The notes under the pieces were generated by a model. It did not search any database, was not told the DNA's origin, and saw only the letters and a program-made list of their open reading frames with translations. Source: Prosthecobacter sp. (GTDB taxonomy: Bacteria > Verrucomicrobiota > Verrucomicrobiia > Verrucomicrobiales > Verrucomicrobiaceae). From it: 34,624 nt of DNA. Below are positions 17,778 through 25,657 of the stretch, one piece after another. Numbering within the stretch: the stretch's first letter is position 1; each line of letters starts with the position of its first letter. Made by a program: the position numbers and the translations under genes. The stretch covers positions 1-34,624 of the forward strand of contig JAOZVT010001021.1 in the NCBI GenBank assembly GCA_025869455.1, given 5' to 3'.

Positions 17778-20700
17778 ATGGATCGCCCTCAGCGAATCAC
17801 TCTCAGCCGCATCATTGCCATCAATTGGTACGGCTTTCGTCGTATCATTGACCTGAACGGACTCGCCCTTCTTTGCGGTGAAAACGGCACAGGCAAGTCC
17901 GCTCTACTAGACTTGGTACAATTCGTTTTGTTAGGCAGCAAAGGCACCCGCTTTAACCGAGCTGCGACAGGCGACGGCAAACGCCCCACCGGACGCGACC
18001 GCGACCTGCGCGGCTACTGCCTGTGTGATACGAACACCAAAACGAAGGATGGCCAACCACGCTACCTGCGCCCCAGCGGCGTCACTCTGGTAGCGCTGGA
18101 ATTTGAATGGCCACTGGAAGAAGGCAGCACTGAACCGCGACGAGAGACCTGGGGTGTTCGTGTGGAGTATGAAGGCCCGACTTCAGATGCACGCTATGTT
18201 TGGTTTTACACTCCCTGCCGACTGCACTGGGAGGATGTGACTCGTGACCCAGATCTGACCCAACCGGGGCGTCAGGAAATGCTGCCGGAAGATGAATTCC
18301 GCGTCCGTGTCAAACGTGACCTCCAAGGGGAATACTTTGGACGTTTGGACACTTATCTGGACGAAATGGGTGCTCGTGAGCATCTCTTCTTTGATCGTAC
18401 CCAGATGAACAAAACCCTGCCTGGAGCCATCGCCTTCCAGCCAGTGGAAAACTTTGAGCAGTTCATCCGTGACAACATTCTGGAACCGGGCCTGCCTGAG
18501 GTGAAAGAAGTGCGGAGAAGCCTGGACGCCCTACGCGAAGCGGAACGCCGGGTGGACACCCTGGGAGAACAGTTAGGATTTCTGCAACGGATTCGCGAAC
18601 ACCACCTAACATTCAGTATCGCAAGACGAGAGGAGGCTTTGTTTAGCCACCTGCGCTCAGCCTTGGACCATGCCGAATCCGAGGAGAAATTCATTCGCGT
18701 AGGCAATGACCTCCTGGGCCTGCGGGAGCGACATGCCGAGGACAAAGTTAATATGGAAGCCTCCGTACGTGAGCGCGACGAGGTGAAGGGGCGCTATGAT
18801 GAAGTGAAGCTCGTGGCGGGTCGTGATGACAGCCTGCGTAAGCTCAATGATCTGCGTCGTCAGCGGGCGGATTTGCAACCGCGCATCGAACGCTTGCGCC
18901 TTGCCGCACGCACAGCACATGAACTGCTGAACGAGAGGGCGCAGCATTGGGACGAATGGCTCCGCTATGGCTTGCGTGTGGGTTTGAACGCTCAACTGGA
19001 GCGCACTGACCTGCTCACGGCTCTACGTAATGAAGAGGCGCACATCGGTCTGGAAGCCCTGCCTGGTCTAGCCCGTGAATATGACCGCATCCGCCGCATG
19101 GGGGATGATTGGCTGCGCCCAAAATTGGAGGAACTGGAAGAGCTGGAGAAGGCTGAAAACGATCTGCAACGCCAGCTTGTCAGCCTGAGTGAAGGCCGCA
19201 CCCAGGCCACGCCCTTGCTGGATAATCTGCGCTCCCGTGGACACAAGGCGGAGCTCTTTGCCCGTGTCGTGGAAGTGAAGCCTGAGTTTGAGGCGTGGTG
19301 GCCGCTGCTGGAGTCCATGTTGGGCATCCACCGCCAAACCGTGCTAGTAGAAAACAGCTCCTACTTGGCAGCATGGGAACAATTTCAAAAGACCACGGGA
19401 ACGGAACTGCTGGCGCATCATGATGAACTAAGCGCCCTAAAACCGGAAGTGGCCAAGGGCTCCCTAGCTGAGATGCTGGAGACGAAGCACCCGACCGCGC
19501 AACTCATTATCAATCATTTGTTAGGCCAAATCATTGCGGCCAAAAATGTTGATAAGTTGAAGATGCACGACCGGGCAATCACTCAAGATGGCCTGATGAA
19601 GGAACAGGGATTCCGCCGTCATCTGAGTCTGGAAAAAGAACTGACGCTGGGTGAAGAAGGTCTGCGCCGCATGCGCGAGGAGCGGGAAGAAGAGATGGAG
19701 CGCGTGCGTGGGTTCATCACGGATTACCGACGTGAAGTCCACGCGGTCCGTGGCTGGTTACAGCGCGGGCAGGAATATCGTCTGGGAGAGGACGCACCGA
19801 AAGCCTCCGCCATTGAGCTTTCCCAACTGCCAGGCCTGGAGGCCAATGAGAACCAGCTCGACGAAACGATCAAACTCCTGGCCACGCCGGAGCAAGATCG
19901 CCAACTCCAAGAGATGGATGAACTGGAAATGCGCCTGCGCCGACTGGAGCAACGCATCGGAGGACTTACCACCTCCGTCACTGAATTTGCCGTTCATGAA
20001 CGCCAGATGCAGGAGCAGATGGATCAAAGTCGCGAAGAATTTCAGACCGCCACACTCAGTCTGCATGAAAGCCTGAATCGCCTACCGAGAGGACTGGCGC
20101 AGGATGAAATAGCCGCTGCGCTCAAATCTGCCCTTGAGGCAGGAGGCACCTGGCAACGCCGGAAGGACCAAGCCGATTACGGACGCCAATCTGCCCATGA
20201 CCGCGCGGAACGCACCCGCCGTGACCGAAATGACGAGCGCCGCAAGCTGGCCGAAGAGCATCAAGAATACCGTCACGACTTCGATGCGGAAGACGATGAC
20301 AACAGCCGCTACGACGCACGCTGCAACGACCTGGAAACGCATCAGCTCTCGCATTACCGCCAGATCGCTGAAGAGCGCCGCCGTGAATGGGAAGAGCGCC
20401 TGCAACATCAGGTACTGGATGTTTTGCGCGAGAAGATCGACGAGGCTACCCGCACCATCAAGGAACTCAGCAAGATCTTGGATCAAGACATCGGACGCTA
20501 CCGCTACCGCATCTCCCAGACTCGCGACCGCGCCCAAACAGCGATGTGGAACCTGCTAGAAATCGGCTTGGAAGGCTTCCATTCTTCCGACGAGCTCTTC
20601 GCCTCCTCTCATCAAGATGAGATTGAAAAGGCCAAGCAAGAGCTCATGGCAGCGATTGATAACCCGGATGATCCCAAGGCCCAGCGCCTGCTCGACTACC

Positions 20701-21146
20701 GCTTTTATCATCGCTATGACATGCTCATGATCCCGAGCGGTCACACCGAAGAAGCGGCCATTTCCCTGCAAAACAACGCTCGCAAAATGAGCGGTGGGGA
20801 AAACCAAGCGCCCTTCTTCGTCTCCATGCTAGCCGCTTTCCACCGCGTGTATGATCTGGGCCGTAAGGACAGCCGTCGCAACCTTGGCCTGGTGGTCATG
20901 GATGAGGCTTTCTCCAAACTCAGTGGAGACCGCATTGATGATTGCCTAGCCCTCGCCAGCAACTTCGGGCTGCAACTCCTGCTCGCCTTCCCCATGGACC
21001 GTCTGGGCACCATGATCGAACACGCGGACACCGTCATCGAATGTCGCGTGGATCGCAAACGTGATGGCCAAGGACGTGACATCCACATCGAAAACTGGGT
21101 GGTGCCATGGAATAAAGACAAACTCCTCCAGGCCCTCGCCGGGTAG
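17778..21146 (+). CDS. jetC: Wadjet JetC/MksB-like SMC ATPase
   Basis: LSRIIAINWYGF, Walker A GENGTGKS, FNRAA...RDLRGY, long coiled coils around a central hinge-like region, LLDYRFY, signature MSGGENQAPF, Walker B/D-loop LVVMDEAFSKL. Confidence 0.92.
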   Translation: MDRPQRITLSRIIAINWYGFRRIIDLNGLALLCGENGTGKSALLDLVQFVLLGSKGTRFNRAATGDGKRPTGRDRDLRGYCLCDTNTKTKDGQPRYLRPSGVTLVALEFEWPLEEGSTEPRRETWGVRVEYEGPTSDARYVWFYTPCRLHWEDVTRDPDLTQPGRQEMLPEDEFRVRVKRDLQGEYFGRLDTYLDEMGAREHLFFDRTQMNKTLPGAIAFQPVENFEQFIRDNILEPGLPEVKEVRRSLDALREAERRVDTLGEQLGFLQRIREHHLTFSIARREEALFSHLRSALDHAESEEKFIRVGNDLLGLRERHAEDKVNMEASVRERDEVKGRYDEVKLVAGRDDSLRKLNDLRRQRADLQPRIERLRLAARTAHELLNERAQHWDEWLRYGLRVGLNAQLERTDLLTALRNEEAHIGLEALPGLAREYDRIRRMGDDWLRPKLEELEELEKAENDLQRQLVSLSEGRTQATPLLDNLRSRGHKAELFARVVEVKPEFEAWWPLLESMLGIHRQTVLVENSSYLAAWEQFQKTTGTELLAHHDELSALKPEVAKGSLAEMLETKHPTAQLIINHLLGQIIAAKNVDKLKMHDRAITQDGLMKEQGFRRHLSLEKELTLGEEGLRRMREEREEEMERVRGFITDYRREVHAVRGWLQRGQEYRLGEDAPKASAIELSQLPGLEANENQLDETIKLLATPEQDRQLQEMDELEMRLRRLEQRIGGLTTSVTEFAVHERQMQEQMDQSREEFQTATLSLHESLNRLPRGLAQDEIAAALKSALEAGGTWQRRKDQADYGRQSAHDRAERTRRDRNDERRKLAEEHQEYRHDFDAEDDDNSRYDARCNDLETHQLSHYRQIAEERRREWEERLQHQVLDVLREKIDEATRTIKELSKILDQDIGRYRYRISQTRDRAQTAMWNLLEIGLEGFHSSDELFASSHQDEIEKAKQELMAAIDNPDDPKAQRLLDYRFYHRYDMLMIPSGHTEEAAISLQNNARKMSGGENQAPFFVSMLAAFHRVYDLGRKDSRRNLGLVVMDEAFSKLSGDRIDDCLALASNFGLQLLLAFPMDRLGTMIEHADTVIECRVDRKRDGQGRDIHIENWVVPWNKDKLLQALAG

Positions 21147-21161
21147 TTAGGCCAGTCCGCT

Positions 21162-21467
21162 ATGCAACGAACCCTTTTCATCACCAAAGACGGCATCGAA
21201 AAAGAAGCCGTCCTGACCATGGAAGGGCCTCGTCCTGATCCTTATGCAGGCTGGGCTTGCGACTGGAAGTGCGACATCATTCATCCGCAGGTCAAGACCG
21301 TCCACGGTAGCGATAAAATGTCAGCTCTCTACTTCTGCCTGAACTTCATCGGAGCTTTCATTCATAACATGGAAGCCTTCGGTTACAAAACCCGCTATGA
21401 GATGGATGGAGACTGCGGCGGATTTGATTTTGGAAAAGGTGTTCCCGCTAATAGCAGCAACCTCTGA
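21162..21467 (+). CDS. Small hypothetical protein, DUF6968-like
   Basis: Starts 15 nt after the jetC stop; RTL......E.VL.M.GP.PD...W.C.W........V.G.D.M.AL..L pattern recalled for DUF6968 (not searched). Confidence 0.6.
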   Translation: MQRTLFITKDGIEKEAVLTMEGPRPDPYAGWACDWKCDIIHPQVKTVHGSDKMSALYFCLNFIGAFIHNMEAFGYKTRYEMDGDCGGFDFGKGVPANSSNL

Positions 21468-21620
21468 CAATCAGGGTGCCCGCACATCCAGCACCTCATT
21501 CACCGCCAGGACTAAGGCCTCTTCGAACAAGAAACCCTCGGCCTCCCAGACCTCTACGAATGGCCGTTTTACACCACAAGCGCAGTTGCATAACCCAGTA
21601 GCACCCGCTTCTATCCACCC

Positions 21621-22496
21621 ATGAAAAGCATGACAGGATTTGGCCGTGGTGAATCACGGCAGACGGACGGCACCACTTGGGTGGTGGAGTGCAGCAGCGT
21701 GAACCGGAAGCAACTGGAGGTTTCTGTGAATCTTCCACGTGATCTGAGTGACTTGGAAACGCAGGTGCGCAGCCAGGTCGCGGGACTGTGTTCGCGCGGT
21801 CGTGTGAATGTTCACATCCGTAGCGATGCCGCCGAGGTGGTGAAGCAACCCCGTGTGGATGAAGTCGTTGCTGCGCAGTATGTGCAGACGCTGAAAGATC
21901 TCGCGGGTAAATTGGGCATCTCTCCCGAAATTAGCTTGGGTGAGATCGCACGTCTGCCGGGAGTGCTTGTGGGTGAATCGGCGGAGGCTGATGCAGAAGC
22001 TGCGTGGCCAGCCATTCATGAGGCTTTGACCGCTGCCCTTGAGCAATTGTGCGCTATGCGGGGCACAGAAGGTGACCATCTGAAGGATGAGATGAAGACT
22101 CGTTTAGGCTGCATCGAAGCTCATGCTTCAGCGATTGCCGAAAAAGCGCCTAATGTTCCTGAGCATCAGCGTCAGGTCTTGCGTCAACGCTTGGAGCAAG
22201 CAGGCCTGCCCTTGCCGTTAGATGATGAGCGCCTGCTCAAAGAGATCGCTCTCTTCGCAGATCGCACTGACATTTCAGAGGAGCTGTCACGCGCAGCGAG
22301 TCACTTGAATCAATTCCGCACCTATTTAGCTTCGCCTGAACCTGTGGGACGCAGCCTGGACTTTCTGGTGCAGGAGTTTTTCAGAGAGTTCAATACCATG
22401 GGATCCAAGTGCAACAATGCCGAGATTGCCCACGCGGTGGTCAGTGCGAAAACGGAGTTAGAGAAGATTCGCGAACAGGTTCAGAACGTGGAGTAG
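21621..22496 (+). CDS. yicC: YicC/YloC family endoribonuclease
   Basis: MKSMTGFGRG, SVNRKQLE, RGRV, ADRTDISEELSR..SH, GRSLDFLVQEFFREFNTMGSK, KTELEKIREQVQNVE. Confidence 0.95.
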   Translation: MKSMTGFGRGESRQTDGTTWVVECSSVNRKQLEVSVNLPRDLSDLETQVRSQVAGLCSRGRVNVHIRSDAAEVVKQPRVDEVVAAQYVQTLKDLAGKLGISPEISLGEIARLPGVLVGESAEADAEAAWPAIHEALTAALEQLCAMRGTEGDHLKDEMKTRLGCIEAHASAIAEKAPNVPEHQRQVLRQRLEQAGLPLPLDDERLLKEIALFADRTDISEELSRAASHLNQFRTYLASPEPVGRSLDFLVQEFFREFNTMGSKCNNAEIAHAVVSAKTELEKIREQVQNVE

Positions 22497-22669
22497 CGTC
22501 CAAAGACAGAAGATCTTCTGAGAAAAACTGCGGTGCGGCGACATCAGTCGCAGCATACTTGAGCACAAAAGTATTTATTTCACCAACAACTGGCCTAACT
22601 TATTCTTCTACTGGATCAGCAAGACAATAAACCGTGCAATGCGGCACGACTCTTGCCCGTAGTGGGTTA

Positions 22670-23950
22670 ATGGCCGTTGCTCCCACGAAGGTCCGTCATT
22701 CCATTCTTGCCGTCACCACCTTGGCGGCTTTTTTGATGTATCTGGACCGCATCTGCATGTCGGAGATCGTCAAAACGGCGACTTTTCGCGCAGAGTTCCC
22801 GCTGACAGATGATGAGCTTTCCTGGGTGTTGAGCGCGTTCTTTTGGGCCTATGCTCTGGGTCAAGTACCCGCTGGATGGCTGAGTGATCGCTTTGGCATT
22901 CGTCCTTTGATGACGGTATTTATCGTTCTCTGGTCTGCCTTCACCGCGCTCACGGGTTTTGCCACAGGACTCTGGACACTGCTTTTGACCCGTGTGGGCT
23001 GCGGATTGGCAGAAGCCGGGGCTTACCCAGCTAGCAGCAGCCTTTTACGGCAATGGTCGGTATGGGGAAAGCGGGGCGTGGCGAGTAGCATCGTCTCCTT
23101 GGGGGGGCGTCTCGGTGGTGCCGCAGCTCCGGTACTGACCATGCTAATCATCGCCCAGATGGGAAACTGGCGATGGGCTGGTTGGATGTATGGTGCCGTC
23201 GGGCTGCTGTTTGCCTGGGCCTTTTGGAGAATCTACCGAGAAAGCCCCCAGCAACATCCCCAGTGCAATGAGGCCGAGCGCGCTTTGCTTGCAGAAGGAC
23301 GGCCCGTTCATGCCGATGCCACGCAGAGCTACCGCTTCCCCTGGAAGGCCCTGCTCCACAGCAAAAACCTATGGTACATGTGCGGGGCGCAGTTTTGGAC
23401 CAATGTAGGCTGGGCCTTCTTGGCGACCTGGATGCCGCGCTATCTGAAGGAAACTCTGCAACTCACGGATGAAGCTAGCGGTACGCTTTCCACGGTGTCT
23501 CTGGTCATTGGGCTGGGAGGCATGATGTTTGGCGGATTTTTTGCGGATGCCTGCGTGCGTTGGTTAGGCCTCAAACGAGGCCGAATGGTTCCCCTAGCAG
23601 GCACCCGTTTTTTAGCGGCCTTCATGTTTATCCTGGCCATTCAAACAACCAATCCTTGGCTTCTGGTACCAGCTTTGGGGCTGGTGGCTTTCTTCACCGA
23701 CGCGGGATTGCCTGCGGTGTGGGCCACGATGCAAGATCTAGGGGGACGCTACACGGCACCCGTTTTTGGTTGGGCGAATATGTGGGGTAATATTGGGGCA
23801 GCTCTGTCTCCGGTCTTCATTGCTCAAATCAACAAGCACTTGGATGCTAATCATGACTGGCATGAAGCGTTGTACTTCTGCGCGGCTGCCTTTGTCATTT
23901 CAGGCTTGCACGCCATGCGCATCCGCGCGGACCAGCCTATTTCCAACTGA
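22670..23950 (+). CDS. MFS transporter, anion:cation symporter (sugar-acid/hexuronate-like)
   Basis: YLDRICMS, SAFFWAYALGQVPAGWLSDRFG, TRVGCGLAEAGAYP, FLATWMPRYL, GWANMWGNIG. Start at ATG 22670. Confidence 0.9.
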   Translation: MAVAPTKVRHSILAVTTLAAFLMYLDRICMSEIVKTATFRAEFPLTDDELSWVLSAFFWAYALGQVPAGWLSDRFGIRPLMTVFIVLWSAFTALTGFATGLWTLLLTRVGCGLAEAGAYPASSSLLRQWSVWGKRGVASSIVSLGGRLGGAAAPVLTMLIIAQMGNWRWAGWMYGAVGLLFAWAFWRIYRESPQQHPQCNEAERALLAEGRPVHADATQSYRFPWKALLHSKNLWYMCGAQFWTNVGWAFLATWMPRYLKETLQLTDEASGTLSTVSLVIGLGGMMFGGFFADACVRWLGLKRGRMVPLAGTRFLAAFMFILAIQTTNPWLLVPALGLVAFFTDAGLPAVWATMQDLGGRYTAPVFGWANMWGNIGAALSPVFIAQINKHLDANHDWHEALYFCAAAFVISGLHAMRIRADQPISN

Positions 23951-23961
23951 GCTCAACGACC

Positions 23962-25362
23962 ATGAAGCATCTGCTATTCAGCCTTCTGTGCCTGCCTTTG
24001 CTTCTGAAAGCCGAGAACCCGCCTAACGTCATTTTCGTTCTGGTGGATAATCTGGGCAACGGAGACGTGAAGTGCTTCAACCCGCAGACATTGCACCGCA
24101 CGCCGCATCTGGATCAAATGGCAGTAGAAGGCACGCGCTTCACCAGTTACTATTCTGCCAGTGGCGTGTGCACACCGAGTCGAGCCGCTTTGATGACCGG
24201 TTGCTACCCTTACCGTGTGGACATGCACGTGAGTGACAAAGGAGGTCTGGTCTTGCAACCCGTGGCCGCTAAAGGGCTAAACCCGAAAGAAACCACCGTC
24301 GCCGAAGTGATGAAGACGGCGGGTTATACCACAGCCATCATTGGCAAATGGCACCTGGGGGATCAGCCGGAATTTTTGCCAACCCGCCAGGGTTTCGATT
24401 CGTTCTTTGGCATTCCTTACAGTGACGACATGGTCAAAGAACTCCGACCCGATGAATGGCCAGAGCTGCCACTCATGCGGGATGAGAAAGTCATCGAAGC
24501 ACCCGTGGATCGCGACAACCTAACCAAACGTTACACTGAAGAGGCCGTAAAATTCATCACCGCCCATCAGGACAAGCCTTTCTTCCTTTACCTGCCTCAT
24601 GCCATGCCGGGTAGCACCAAAGATCCATACGCCAGCCCCGCCTTCAAAGACAAATCAGCCAATGGCCATTGGGGAGATAGCATTGAGGAATTGGATTGGT
24701 CCATGGGTGAGATCCTGAGCACTCTCAAAAAGCTTCATTTGGATGAGAAAACTCTGGTCATCTGGACCTCTGACAACGGAGCCCCCAATCGAAAGCCACC
24801 ACAAGGCAGCAATGCCCCCTATGAAGGTTGGGGCTACAATACCAGCGAAGGAGCCATGCGTGTGCCCTGCATCGCCCGCTGGCCGGGTCATGTTCAGGCG
24901 GGGCGCGAGTGTCGCGAGCTATGCAGCATGATGGATATTCTGCCCACTTTGGCCACTATGACGGGTGTAAAGAAACCCACACACACCATTGATGGACACG
25001 ATATAACAACCCTCTTGTTAGGCCAATCTGGAGCCACATCGCCCAGCGATGCGTCGGGATTTTTCTACTACTTCGGCGATCAACTCCAGGCCGTGCGCAG
25101 CGGTCCGTGGAAACTCTATCTGCCACTAGAGGCCAAAAGAATGGGAGGCGCGAAGAAGCAAGCTTCACCCATGCAACTCTTCAATGTTCGAGACGATGAG
25201 AGTGAAAAAGAAGAAGTTTCAAACGCACATCCCAGGATTGTCGAACGCCTCATGAAACTGGCAGACGAAGCCCGCGAAGAATTGGGAGACGCAGATCGAA
25301 TTGGCAAAGGGCATCGCGAAGCTGGCCATGTGGATCAACCAACGGCACGAGTCAAACTTTGA
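23962..25362 (+). CDS. Arylsulfatase (formylglycine-dependent), exported
   Basis: Signal peptide; PNVIFVLVDNLG.GD, CTPSRAALMTG, GYTTAIIGKWHLG, GFDSFFGIPYS, WTSDNG, EGAMRVP. Confidence 0.94.
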   Translation: MKHLLFSLLCLPLLLKAENPPNVIFVLVDNLGNGDVKCFNPQTLHRTPHLDQMAVEGTRFTSYYSASGVCTPSRAALMTGCYPYRVDMHVSDKGGLVLQPVAAKGLNPKETTVAEVMKTAGYTTAIIGKWHLGDQPEFLPTRQGFDSFFGIPYSDDMVKELRPDEWPELPLMRDEKVIEAPVDRDNLTKRYTEEAVKFITAHQDKPFFLYLPHAMPGSTKDPYASPAFKDKSANGHWGDSIEELDWSMGEILSTLKKLHLDEKTLVIWTSDNGAPNRKPPQGSNAPYEGWGYNTSEGAMRVPCIARWPGHVQAGRECRELCSMMDILPTLATMTGVKKPTHTIDGHDITTLLLGQSGATSPSDASGFFYYFGDQLQAVRSGPWKLYLPLEAKRMGGAKKQASPMQLFNVRDDESEKEEVSNAHPRIVERLMKLADEAREELGDADRIGKGHREAGHVDQPTARVKL

Positions 25363-25408
25363 GGAATGCAGAGTTACACCTGCACCCTCCGCCATACTAA
25401 ACGGCCTT

Positions 25409-25657
25409 ATACGATTTAGCCACAGGGACTGGTGTTATAGGAAGGAGTCGGGAGCACGGGAGCACGGGAACCTAGAAGGCGAGGGCGCGTGCGCTCCCCG
25501 TTCTTTCCCCCCGTCAAGCAAGGACTTGAGGAAGCGGCGCACCTGCGCCCTCGCAGGTCGTCTGAGGTGACCTCGCTTCAGGTCTTGGTCTAGGATCTCG
25601 ATGAGGTGATGACTGAACGCTTCCCTGGTTACGACTGTCCGTCTGGTTATATCGTAT
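25409..25657 (+). ncRNA. ~250-nt rod-like folded element: unidentified structured RNA or REPIN/MITE-like repeat
   Basis: Nested complementarity: 25409-22 with 25644-57; GGAAG 25440-44 with CTTCC 25620-24; 25465-76 with 25589-600; 25479-94 with 25537-54; side hairpin 25562-81. Several G-U pairs on the + strand. Confidence 0.5.

Noticed and set aside
25409-25657. Structured element as SRP RNA, tmRNA, RNase P RNA or retron msr-msd
   Set aside because: Lacks the SRP CAGG-GNRA-AGCA helix, tRNA-like tmRNA ends and RNase P GAGGAAAGUCC motif; no reverse transcriptase in the window.
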